A stretch of DNA of 64,000 nucleotides, taken from IMG/VR virus record IMGVR_UViG_3300037516_001127, positions 33,544 to 97,543 of that record; one strand, written 5' to 3'. Source of the DNA: a virus. Both the position numbers and the translations under genes were made by a program. The notes under the pieces were generated by a model. The model was not told where the DNA came from, ran no database searches, and saw only the letters and a program-made list of their open reading frames with translations. Positions 47,676 to 56,154 of the stretch are shown here, in pieces (within the stretch, counting starts at the first letter, position 1; each line of letters opens with the position of its first letter).

Positions 47676-48989
47676 TTGCGCATAATGTCTTTTACTATCT
47701 GGACTCAAACAAAATCCACAGCCATAAACTCGTATCAGATACCTGAAGCGGTAAAAGAAAACGCCCGAGTAGGCTTAGAACTAAGAAAAAAGTTTGGCCG
47801 AGGAGGAACCTCAGTCGGTGAAAACACCGCAAGAACCCTCGCCGCAGGCGGAACTATCGGCATCACCAAAGTCCGACACATCGCCAAATACTTCCCACGG
47901 CACGCAGGTGACAACCTCGACGACAAAAAGTCAAACGGGTGGATCGCCTGGCAACTCTGGGGAGGGCACGCCGGACGATCCTGGGCCGAAACCATAGTAG
48001 CCAGAGCCGAAAAAGAAACCCAAAAAAGCCTCCAACCGTTCCAAACAAAAGCAATGATCGACGGCGACGGCGACGGGCGCTGCGAAGAAGCAGAAACAGA
48101 AGGCGGAATCCCCTGCATACCAGGAATGCCGCCACGCACAGTAGACAGGCTATGGGGCAGAACCGAAGCAAAACGGTTCGAAAAGCGAAGAGATGCCATC
48201 AAACGGGCACGCATCCGCAGACAAACAAAACCCCAACCAAAAATGACAGTACAAGAACTATTCGAAGCCGCCAAACAAGGACAAACCGAACAAGTAGAAG
48301 AAGAAATAAAAAAGATTTTTGAAATCACAGACCTCGGACGCATGCGAGCCAAAACCAGAATCGACTCCATACACGCAATAGTGCCCGACATGCCAATCGA
48401 CAAATACAACCCCATCGAAAACGGAGAAAGCATATGGGAAGACAACGGAATCCAAATCGAAGGACAAATCTACGACCAAAACGACATGCCAATAGGCAAA
48501 TTTGATCGCACAATAGAAATATCCGAAACCGGAAAAAGAGTAATCACACACGAAGAACTCATAATCGACGAAGCACACAAAGGACAAGGAATCGGCGGAG
48601 ACTTCATCGCAGACACACAACACGACTACATCAAAATAGGCATACAACAAATCGAAGTAATCGCAGGACTAGAAGACGGCGCATACAACTGGGCCGTATC
48701 AGGCTTCGACTGGGCAGACGAATACAACAGAACACTATTCCTCAGCTACATCCAACAAGCCATAGACGAATACCAAAAAACCAAAAACACCGAACTATTC
48801 AACACAAACGAAGAAGCAGCAGTAGTACAAGCACTAATAAGACAAGCACAACAAGAACGATTCAACGCCCCCCAAAGACTCACCCCATACGCATTCACCC
48901 TCTTCACAGGAGCAAGAAAAGCACTCAGCGACAAAGAAGGAGAAAAAGACACCAAAGTCTGGGAAGGCATCAAAAAACTCACCACTTGA
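47676..48989 (+). CDS. Head-associated-type N-terminal domain plus DGDGDG motif plus GNAT-like domain
   Basis: GGTSVG...FPRH...GWIAWQLWGG..GRSWA; TKAMIDGDGDGRCEE; HEELIIDEAHKGQGIG, DGAYNWAVSGFDW; alternative start 47685. Confidence 0.72.
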   Translation: MRIMSFTIWTQTKSTAINSYQIPEAVKENARVGLELRKKFGRGGTSVGENTARTLAAGGTIGITKVRHIAKYFPRHAGDNLDDKKSNGWIAWQLWGGHAGRSWAETIVARAEKETQKSLQPFQTKAMIDGDGDGRCEEAETEGGIPCIPGMPPRTVDRLWGRTEAKRFEKRRDAIKRARIRRQTKPQPKMTVQELFEAAKQGQTEQVEEEIKKIFEITDLGRMRAKTRIDSIHAIVPDMPIDKYNPIENGESIWEDNGIQIEGQIYDQNDMPIGKFDRTIEISETGKRVITHEELIIDEAHKGQGIGGDFIADTQHDYIKIGIQQIEVIAGLEDGAYNWAVSGFDWADEYNRTLFLSYIQQAIDEYQKTKNTELFNTNEEAAVVQALIRQAQQERFNAPQRLTPYAFTLFTGARKALSDKEGEKDTKVWEGIKKLTT

Positions 48990-49022
48990 CAAAAAACCCA
49001 ACACACAACTAACATCCCCACC

Positions 49023-49214
49023 ATGAACACAACCCAATACCAACAAGCAATCCAACAAAAAATACAAACAGCAACACCCGAACAAATCACAACAATCGCC
49101 ACACTCGTCGAAATCCTCTGCCACGACGAAACAGACCAAGCAAAACTAGAAACCGCATACGCCTACTACACCGGCAAAGCCAACTGGCAAACCGACGCAC
49201 AACAACTCCTATGA
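49023..49214 (+). CDS. Small hypothetical protein
   Basis: ORF following the GNAT gene. Confidence 0.55.
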   Translation: MNTTQYQQAIQQKIQTATPEQITTIATLVEILCHDETDQAKLETAYAYYTGKANWQTDAQQLL

Positions 49215-49384
49215 ACACAAACGAATTCCACGAAGCAATCCTCAAAGCCCTCCAACAAATAGACCAAACCATCCAACAACTCAAACAAAACCAAACCCCC
49301 AACCCATACAACTGGACACAAACCCAAAACAAAGAAACCCAAACCCAAAACAAAGAAACACCCAACACACCCCCGACGCTTTGA
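49211..49384 (+). CDS. Small hypothetical protein (57 aa, not in ORF track)
   Basis: ATGA overlap; MNTNEFHEAILKALQQ...; contains a 21-bp tandem duplication (QTQNKET x2). Confidence 0.5.
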   Translation: MNTNEFHEAILKALQQIDQTIQQLKQNQTPNPYNWTQTQNKETQTQNKETPNTPPTL

Positions 49385-49457
49385 TCTAAATACATTAAGG
49401 TAAAAAAATCCCATATAGCTACGCCCGGTTGTTTGGCGGGTTTGACAGGCCGGAGGG

Positions 49458-49495
49458 TTATCCACAGAACAGGTGTTCGTCGAATGGGTGTTCGA
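49458..49495. promoter_or_regulatory. Perfect DnaA box abutting two tandem LexA/SOS-like boxes
   Basis: TTATCCACA 49458-49466; GAAC-aggt-GTTCG 49467-49479; TCGAAT-gggt-GTTCGA 49480-49495. Confidence 0.55.
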
Positions 49496-49828
49496 TCTTG
49501 TTGTGATGGCGGTAGGGGGGGGGTGGTGGCGTCTGGGGTATCTGACATCATCCATTGTCATTATTTGATATGTGTTTGACTGCATGTCTTTGAGTTGGTG
49601 TTGGTGGTGTGACTTGTGTTGGGTCTGGGTAGTTGTGGTGTTGGTAGGTGCTTTGCTTGTGTCACTTTATGGATACGTTTCAAGCTTTGTCTTTGACTGC
49701 TTGTTGCTTGTATGTACTTGCCTGTTGCTTGTTGTTTGTTGCTTCTTGATTGTTGCCTTTGATTCAAAGGAGATTCAAAAGAGAATCAAAAAGAATCTAA
49801 ACAATTCAAAAAGAATCTAAACAATCAC

Positions 49829-49857
49829 TTGACATCACTAGTACTGTTAGTTACAAT
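49829..49857 (+). promoter_or_regulatory. Sigma-A-type promoter P1
   Basis: TTGACA-17-TACAAT preceded by repeated AAGAATCTAAACAAT. Confidence 0.8.
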
Positions 49858-49898
49858 AGCTATATAAGGTCAAGTCACCACAACAAGGAGCCAACACA

Positions 49899-50000
49899 AT
49901 GATCTGGGACATTCAACTAGGACTAAGAGACAGCATCCTCCTCGTCGGAGGCATCTACATTGCTTCCGTCCTCTACTACTGGATCATCGGTAGGAGGTAG
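49899..50000 (+). CDS. 33-aa single-TM peptide (not in ORF track)
   Basis: AAGGAG RBS; MIWDIQLGLRDSILLVGGIYIASVLYYWIIGRR. Confidence 0.7.
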   Translation: MIWDIQLGLRDSILLVGGIYIASVLYYWIIGRR

Positions 50001-50049
50001 GGCCCTTAGGGGAGAGGCAAAACAAACCTAAAAGAATCTAAACAATCAC

Positions 50050-50239
50050 TTGACATCATGACACCAGAGTGATACACTACTGATACCAGCCCTGTCCATT
50101 ACACATCACCACTACTCATCACCATGATACCATGATACCAAAACAATTACTTGACATCATGAGACCATCATGATACACTACTCATACACATCACATACAC
50201 ATCACCTAATTTGACTTGACAACTACTAACAACTACAAT
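50050..50239 (+). promoter_or_regulatory. Three further tandem sigma-A-type promoters P2-P4
   Basis: TTGACA-17-TACACT (50050-50078, 50151-50179); TTGACT-17-TACAAT (50211-50239). Confidence 0.75.
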
Positions 50240-50295
50240 CAACTACCAAACAAAACACACAAACTACTAACCAACCTAAATGGAAAGCACTACCC

Positions 50296-50514
50296 ATGAA
50301 ACAAAACAAAGACTTCTTCTTCATACAACCAGGACGCCTCATCACAACAGACCAAACAGCAGAACGATTCAACGTTCACAGAGCAACAGTCACACGATGG
50401 GTCAAATCAGGACACATCAAACCCTCATACAGAACCAACAAAGGCCTCTTTCTCTTTGATCGCATCTACGTTGACGGACTCATCAAGAAGAACAAGGTGA
50501 CATCAGATGCATAA
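50296..50514 (+). CDS. Excisionase/MerR-like helix-turn-helix DNA-binding protein
   Basis: LITTDQTAERFNVHRATVTRWVKSGHIKP..T..G..LFDR. Confidence 0.8.
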   Translation: MKQNKDFFFIQPGRLITTDQTAERFNVHRATVTRWVKSGHIKPSYRTNKGLFLFDRIYVDGLIKKNKVTSDA

Positions 50515-50929
50515 GCTACTCCTCATAGCACTACTAACAACCACTGCCATCAGTTGCGGAACCACTACCTACGAATCCCCAGAAGAAGCATACGCACCCA
50601 GCACAGATGACCCCATCACATACATAGAGAACCACCCAGAACTCACTGACACCCTCGAAGAAGGTCAAGCAGTAATGTCTGACGTAGGAGACGCAGCCGA
50701 CATCGGAAGCATCTACCTCCTAGCATCCGCATGTAGTGACCTATCCTCATACGCTGAAGATGCTCTGATCCAATGGGCTGAAGCACCTCTACCATACTTT
50801 GTTGCTTCTCTTGGTAGCCTCGCTGAAGCAGCTGACGCCTGCTTAGACGGAGACTTTGAAGCAATGGCAACAGACATGCAAAGTGCGACTAGTCTGACAG
50901 CACAACAAGTCGAATCACTAAAGGAGTAA
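50507..50929 (+). CDS. Putative lipoprotein
   Basis: Signal peptide with lipobox-like AISC; acidic body. Confidence 0.65.
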   Translation: MHKLLLIALLTTTAISCGTTTYESPEEAYAPSTDDPITYIENHPELTDTLEEGQAVMSDVGDAADIGSIYLLASACSDLSSYAEDALIQWAEAPLPYFVASLGSLAEAADACLDGDFEAMATDMQSATSLTAQQVESLKE

Positions 50930-50933
50930 TCAG

Positions 50934-51314
50934 ATGTTAGAGACTGATAGCGGAAACAAGTTTGTTGTTGTTGCTTGCAGCATCAAGGGTATCTACGGCA
51001 AACAGTCTTACGACATAGAAGTAAAGCATAACCTCGTAGGCTTGTACGCTTCTACCATTGCCAGACGTATCGCCAAGGTTGATTGCCTAGCACGCAACAT
51101 GTTGTTGAAGTCTGATGGTGCTGTCCTTCTATCTATTGAAGGCATCAAGGTATCCCCAGTTCCCAACACAGCACATATCGTATTGTCTATAATTGACGAC
51201 CGAGAGGACTCTATCTCTCTTGGTTCCTATACCACTAAGTGGATCGACGGAGACGATGAGGATACCGATGACACTGGTAGCCTGTACCAGCACATCGTTG
51301 TTGAGAAGGTTTGA
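50934..51314 (+). CDS. Hypothetical protein
   Basis: AAGGAG RBS, operon packing. Confidence 0.65.
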   Translation: MLETDSGNKFVVVACSIKGIYGKQSYDIEVKHNLVGLYASTIARRIAKVDCLARNMLLKSDGAVLLSIEGIKVSPVPNTAHIVLSIIDDREDSISLGSYTTKWIDGDDEDTDDTGSLYQHIVVEKV

Positions 51315-51493
51315 TGTCGATCTATGAGGTCACTCTGATCCGTGACAACGTCACCCCTGAGGTGGTCTTAGTGGAAGCTTCATCTCCTAAGGTTGCCAAG
51401 AGGAAAGCACAACACTACCTATCACCCAACAGCACTGCCGTATGGGTGCCTATCTCGGTCAAGCGTAAAACCCAGGGTGTTCCTTTCGCATGA
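51311..51493 (+). CDS. Small hypothetical protein
   Basis: Overlapping start/stop on both sides. Confidence 0.6.
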   Translation: MMSIYEVTLIRDNVTPEVVLVEASSPKVAKRKAQHYLSPNSTAVWVPISVKRKTQGVPFA

Positions 51494-51702
51494 ATGATCG
51501 TTCCATACAAGCAGCGATGATCTCTCAGAACGTCACCCTTGCCTCTATGGCAGTAGGTTGCCTGATCACCGATCCTGAAGTATGGAACACCCTCTCCCTC
51601 AGAGCCCTTGAACGGCACCAACAGCGTATCCGTGAGATACAAGAAGAGCTGTCTGCCATCTCTATGACTATCGCCGACAGGGTTGACTGGTACACGGAAT
51701 GA
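51490..51702 (+). CDS. Small hypothetical protein
   Basis: ATGA overlaps on both sides. Confidence 0.6.
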   Translation: MNDRSIQAAMISQNVTLASMAVGCLITDPEVWNTLSLRALERHQQRIREIQEELSAISMTIADRVDWYTE

Positions 51703-52112
51703 AACATCGTTCGGCCAAGATGACAGCACAGTACAAGCTGAGACGTCCGCTTGTAGCGAAACTGATGGAAGAACGCCCTTGGTGTCAGGCTTGCGCTGTG
51801 TTCGCTGGGTTCGACAGGTGTGAGGGCGATGATACTTCCATCTACGTTCAGGCTAGGTCGATGGATGCCCATGAGCTGATACGACGTTCTCGTGGTGGTT
51901 CAATCCTCGACGAGACCAACATCCTCATGGTGTGCCGCCCTTGCCATACACGGGTTGGTAACAGTCCTGTTACGGCTGAGAGGGTTGGCTTGGAGCTTCC
52001 CTCGTGGGCTTCTCCTGAGATGTTTGATGAGGCTAAGGACTTGCGTAAGTCTTGGTCTAGAGGTGAGCCCACTGTTCCCTCTTGGAGAGCTGAGGATACT
52101 GATGAAGGTTGA
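51699..52112 (+). CDS. HNH-like endonuclease
   Basis: CQAC...DAHELIRRSRGGS...NILMVCRPCH. Confidence 0.75.
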   Translation: MKHRSAKMTAQYKLRRPLVAKLMEERPWCQACAVFAGFDRCEGDDTSIYVQARSMDAHELIRRSRGGSILDETNILMVCRPCHTRVGNSPVTAERVGLELPSWASPEMFDEAKDLRKSWSRGEPTVPSWRAEDTDEG

Positions 52113-52623
52113 GGTTGTTGGCCTTGACCTGTCATTGACTTCGACTGGGGTTGCTTTCGGTGAGGACTTCACTCAGGCGATCTCTACTGCACACAAGGGC
52201 CCTAAGCGTCTGGCTGTCATGAGGGACCTTGTGATGACTGCTGTGGCTACTGTGAGTGCCCCCTATGTTGTCATTGAGGGCTACTCGTTTGGTTCTAGGA
52301 ACTCTCAGGCGCATTCGATTGGTGAGCTTGGTGGGGTGATCCGTGTTGCCTTGTGGGAACGGGCTATTCCCTACGTTGAGATAGCTCCGACGGCTAGAGC
52401 CAAGTTCGCTACTGGCAGGGGTAACGCTTCCAAGAACGAGGTGGTATCAGCGATCTCTGCTAGGACTGGTGTTGTCTGGTCAGGCAAGGGTGGGGACGAT
52501 CGGTGTGATGCTTGGATACTGCAGGAGATGGGCCTCGCCCATTTCGGTCAGGCACGATTCGATTGGCCTGCTTTGAACATGATGTCTTTAGACAAGGTCG
52601 ATTGGTCATCCTTTAGTAAGTAG
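52102..52623 (+). CDS. ruvC: RuvC-like Holliday junction resolvase
   Basis: Start re-called at ATG 52102; VVGLDLSLTSTG, VVIEGY, ATGRGNASK, DDRCDA. Confidence 0.85.
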   Translation: MKVEVVGLDLSLTSTGVAFGEDFTQAISTAHKGPKRLAVMRDLVMTAVATVSAPYVVIEGYSFGSRNSQAHSIGELGGVIRVALWERAIPYVEIAPTARAKFATGRGNASKNEVVSAISARTGVVWSGKGGDDRCDAWILQEMGLAHFGQARFDWPALNMMSLDKVDWSSFSK

Positions 52624-52635
52624 AATGGAGTTCTT

Positions 52636-53010
52636 ATGGTTGACAGTAGAGAACAGGCTAGACGGCGTCGTAATCGGCCCATCAGTCAAGTTGAGATTGA
52701 GGAAGAGATCCTGCGACTTGTTGAGCTCTTGGAGCATTCGACTGAGGACTTTGCTGAGCTTGCTCAGGAAGCCGCTCAGAGTGAGTCTGACTACAAGCGG
52801 GCATGGGCAGGCCAGTACCTGTCTGCTTCTGGTGCCGTGAAGGAACGAGAGGCTTGGGCAGACTTCCGGACCCAGGAAGAGTTCCAGAAGTACAAGATCA
52901 GCGAGGCGCTTGTGCGTTCCAGGCGTGAGATGCTCAACGCCACACGGACGTCTATTGACGCTTTGAGGACTTTAGCGGCTAATGTACGGTCTATGGTAAC
53001 CGGATCATGA
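52636..53010 (+). CDS. Hypothetical helical protein
   Basis: GGAG RBS, coupled to the next gene. Confidence 0.7.
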   Translation: MVDSREQARRRRNRPISQVEIEEEILRLVELLEHSTEDFAELAQEAAQSESDYKRAWAGQYLSASGAVKEREAWADFRTQEEFQKYKISEALVRSRREMLNATRTSIDALRTLAANVRSMVTGS

Positions 53011-53792
53011 CTCACAACATTCACCCCAATTTGGAATCGTTGGCTCTACCCATCGACAAGCTTGTGTTGCTTCCCACGAACCCTCGGCGTGGCGACGTTG
53101 ACGCTATTGCTGCGTCGTTGGCCGAGTTTGGGCAACTCAAAGCGGTTGTTGTACGACCCAACGATGATGACACCTACACGGTGGTGGCTGGCAATCATAC
53201 GGTTCAGGCTGCTCAGGCTAATGGGTGGACTGAGATTGCTGCCGTCCAGTTCGAAGCTGACGATGATCGTTCGATTGCGTTTGCTTTGACTGACAACCGC
53301 ACTTCCGAGCTCGGTCATACCGATTCGATTGAACTTGATGATCTCCTGGGTGACATGCTTGGCGATTACAGCGTGCTCATGGAAGACCTAGGGTGGGATG
53401 ATTTCGAGCTTGCAGCGTTGAATGAGACCGCCCAGAGGAACACTCGCACCCAGGAATCGGTGGGTGGCTACACGGCACCTGAGCTGATTTTGCCTGACGA
53501 GAACGAGTTAGCGATGCTTGATAGCGCACCCTTGCCTGCACCTTCAGACGATGTGCGCATCGTTGCCCCTCAGGACACGAACGTCAAGGATGCGATTGTG
53601 CATGGTGCTACGGCTACAGCGGCTGGTGCTGGCGCTAAGGGCATGGTGCAGTACAACCTGGTCTTTGATAGCACTGAGCAGCAGCGCAGGTGGCACGAGT
53701 TTCTTCGTTGGTTAAAGACTGACGCAGAGGTTGATGGAGATACAACAGCCGAACGGCTACTTAGTTTCCTGGAACCTCGCGCCGATTTCTAG
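53007..53792 (+). CDS. ParB/Srx N-terminal domain protein
   Basis: NPRRGDVDAIAASLAEFGQ, VVAGNHT, LTDNRTSEL. Confidence 0.85.
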   Translation: MTHNIHPNLESLALPIDKLVLLPTNPRRGDVDAIAASLAEFGQLKAVVVRPNDDDTYTVVAGNHTVQAAQANGWTEIAAVQFEADDDRSIAFALTDNRTSELGHTDSIELDDLLGDMLGDYSVLMEDLGWDDFELAALNETAQRNTRTQESVGGYTAPELILPDENELAMLDSAPLPAPSDDVRIVAPQDTNVKDAIVHGATATAAGAGAKGMVQYNLVFDSTEQQRRWHEFLRWLKTDAEVDGDTTAERLLSFLEPRADF

Positions 53793-54043
53793 TCTCTGCT
53801 TAGCATCCCTAGGATGCTGACGAGTACTACGAATATGAGCAGGCATGAGGTTGCCAGTACTGGTATCCATCCTGCTACGGCTACCCATTGAGATGCGATA
53901 GCTACGAACAGTTCCCCCAGGAGGAACACTAGGCCGAGGGTGAGCCATCCGCAGAAGTTTGTTATGCGGTTGAGCTTCTTGTTGTGGCTAGCGCTTTTAC
54001 CGTTGCCAGAGATGATTTTTTGGTTATGCATTGTTATCTCCAT
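53789..54043 (-). CDS. Small two-TM membrane protein
   Basis: Two hydrophobic segments. Confidence 0.6.
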   Translation of the reverse strand: MEITMHNQKIISGNGKSASHNKKLNRITNFCGWLTLGLVFLLGELFVAIASQWVAVAGWIPVLATSCLLIFVVLVSILGMLSRD

Positions 54044-54209
54044 TCTTAAGGGTATCCAACACCTCTGGTGCGACCAGCTTGTTGAACGTGCAGACCTGCA
54101 CTGCGGTACCCAGGTTCTTGCGAGTCAGGTATTTGCTTGCGTTTCCAGACTTGAGGCGATAAATGTTTGCTGCTTCAAGGATCGCTTTGCGTGCTTCTTC
54201 TTTTTCCAT
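54024..54209 (-). CDS. Small hypothetical protein
   Basis: TAATG coupling with the deaminase gene. Confidence 0.6.
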   Translation of the reverse strand: MEKEEARKAILEAANIYRLKSGNASKYLTRKNLGTAVQVCTFNKLVAPEVLDTLKNGDNNA

Positions 54210-54694
54210 TACATGTCCTGACTGATAGGTCGGCTTACGGCAATAGGTGCAACGCCTGATTTGACTAAGAATAGCTCTGTCTTTAGATAGTCATCGTAAC
54301 TATTGTCTGCCCAGAATGCGACTTGTTTAATACCGCAAGACGCAATAAGTTTGGCGCACCCAAAACATGGGGCCCCATTCACAACAACCGTACCATTTTG
54401 CCGAAGCCCATTGTCGGACCAGAGCAGCGCTCCTGCCTCAGCGTGCTGCGCAATACAACTATCGTAGGTAGTACCACTCTTGTGGCTGTCGTCAGCGTGT
54501 GGGCAGCCTCCGTCGTTACAATGGATGAACCCTGGTGGGCCACCGTTGTACCCGATGCCAGCAACTCGTTTGTTTGGGCTGAGAACAACAGCAAAGAACT
54601 GTCGCCTTGAGCAAGTGCTAAACAATGGTGCCATCAGGTCTGTGGCGAGCAGCCAGTTCTGTATGTACCTAGGCATGCTTTCAAATTCTCTCAA
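54209..54694 (-). CDS. dCMP deaminase family protein
   Basis: STCSRR, GYNG, HAE, PCFGCAK. Confidence 0.9.
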   Translation of the reverse strand: MREFESMPRYIQNWLLATDLMAPLFSTCSRRQFFAVVLSPNKRVAGIGYNGGPPGFIHCNDGGCPHADDSHKSGTTYDSCIAQHAEAGALLWSDNGLRQNGTVVVNGAPCFGCAKLIASCGIKQVAFWADNSYDDYLKTELFLVKSGVAPIAVSRPISQDM

Positions 54695-54975
54695 ATCTGA
54701 GCACCTTGCCGCATAGTGCTTGTGACAATACCTCGTTCGGATCGCACTCGCCTCCGTTCACGTTCACTCATACCACCCCAGACCCCATAGTGCTCATGGT
54801 GAAGAGCATGTTCTGCACATTCTTTAAGCACTGGGCAGTCGGCACAGATCTTTTTTGCTTCTTTCAAGCGAAGCCGAGGATTCTTTTGCTTATTTTCAAG
54901 GGCGAAAAAAAGCCCTGAAGAAACTGGCACATTACGACATGCAGCTTCACGCTGCCAATTTGCTTTAGCCGACAT
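54691..54975 (-). CDS. whiB: WhiB-family regulator
   Basis: WQREAAC...AKKICADCPVLKEC...YGVWGGMSERER. Confidence 0.92.
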   Translation of the reverse strand: MSAKANWQREAACRNVPVSSGLFFALENKQKNPRLRLKEAKKICADCPVLKECAEHALHHEHYGVWGGMSERERRRVRSERGIVTSTMRQGAQI

Positions 54976-54978
54976 GGG

Positions 54979-55284
54979 TTACACTCCCGATTTACTAATA
55001 GGGTACTTTGCTCGCACTGTAGAGACATATTGGGCATACATGTCTGCCTCGCAGTTAATTATAACTAGGTATGCGTATGTTCCCGCACAATCACAGAGCC
55101 ATTGCTTTGTGCACAGCACAACAGCGTTAAAGCCTTTTTCGCTAACCCAGGTATCAAGAACAACGTGGAGCGCTTCAGGCGCTATCGTGCTCAAGTCCAT
55201 GGCTACTAGGCCGCAACGACCGCTGGTGCTATCAGATTCAGCAAGTTGTAAAATGTTCTTTGTTGTAAAGTATTCAAAGTTCAT
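54979..55284 (-). CDS. Hypothetical protein
   Basis: GGAG RBS, operon packing. Confidence 0.6.
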   Translation of the reverse strand: MNFEYFTTKNILQLAESDSTSGRCGLVAMDLSTIAPEALHVVLDTWVSEKGFNAVVLCTKQWLCDCAGTYAYLVIINCEADMYAQYVSTVRAKYPISKSGV

Positions 55285-55360
55285 GCTTGTAACTCCAGCT
55301 AGTTGATTCCGCTGCTGAATCTATATGTAAAATTGTAATAGGTGGCGATTGTAGCCATAA

Positions 55361-55756
55361 TTACTTTTCGACACCACTTAACCTAAGGGTGGCATCATGG
55401 TCTAGCCAGACAACAGCGTGACCAATTTCGGTTCCATTCACCACTACGCTAATCTGTTCCATATCAATTTTGAGTCGTGCAGCTAAACCGGCTTTGATAC
55501 GACCCGCAACACCATCTATCCAAGCTAATTCAGCTTGGAAGTCGTCCGTATACCCGAAGTCAATATCTATCAATGGGGTTGGTTGCGGTTTACGGGCAAC
55601 CTCACAAAGCGTGCACCCAATTTCTTCAGTTTTAGCAGGCCGTTTGCGGTCAGCAGTATGGCCACACTCCAGGCGGTGCCGGTAAACGATTTCACCCCAG
55701 TTGCCAGATTTTGTTATTTCAACAACTTTTCGACGAGGTGCCGATCTTGAACTCAC
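55361..55756 (-). CDS. Hypothetical protein (LECGH..CTLC)
   Basis: GTGA overlap; possible Zn site. Confidence 0.65.
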   Translation of the reverse strand: MSSRSAPRRKVVEITKSGNWGEIVYRHRLECGHTADRKRPAKTEEIGCTLCEVARKPQPTPLIDIDFGYTDDFQAELAWIDGVAGRIKAGLAARLKIDMEQISVVVNGTEIGHAVVWLDHDATLRLSGVEK

Positions 55757-56154
55757 CGATAGATCTTTGGTTCAGCAAGTTCCCAGGCCTCAGCACTTTC
55801 TACAGCTTCGCCAAGTCGTGCAGCCCAAGGGAACAGAAGCACTTTTGCCCACCACTGAATAGACCAAGCAGGAATGCTTGAGTTCCCTCCGACAATCTCG
55901 GAGTGGGTAGGCAGCGGCCAGGAAACCTGCAGATTCAACATGACTGTCTCTGCACGCTTTTGCCATTCACGCTGCTGCGGAAGCCACCAATCAAAAAATT
56001 GCTGGTCCCAGCTTTCATTTAAAACAAAGTTAGCTAACTGGGATGGGGAATGTGCATTAGGTTCAATCTCTGCAGCAGTCAAAATGACAACTTTATCAAT
56101 ATCCCCCAGTATGAGATCTGAAGGGTCCATCACAGATCTCGCATCATGTTCCAA
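55753..56154 (-). CDS. Hypothetical protein
   Basis: Operon packing. Confidence 0.6.
   Translation of the reverse strand: MEHDARSVMDPSDLILGDIDKVVILTAAEIEPNAHSPSQLANFVLNESWDQQFFDWWLPQQREWQKRAETVMLNLQVSWPLPTHSEIVGGNSSIPAWSIQWWAKVLLFPWAARLGEAVESAEAWELAEPKIYR

Noticed and set aside
47735-49820. Hydrophobic minus-strand ORFs opposite the A/C-rich tract, and ORFs 49561..49767 and 49572..49820
   Set aside because: Stop-codon depletion caused by extreme base skew; no convincing RBS or motifs
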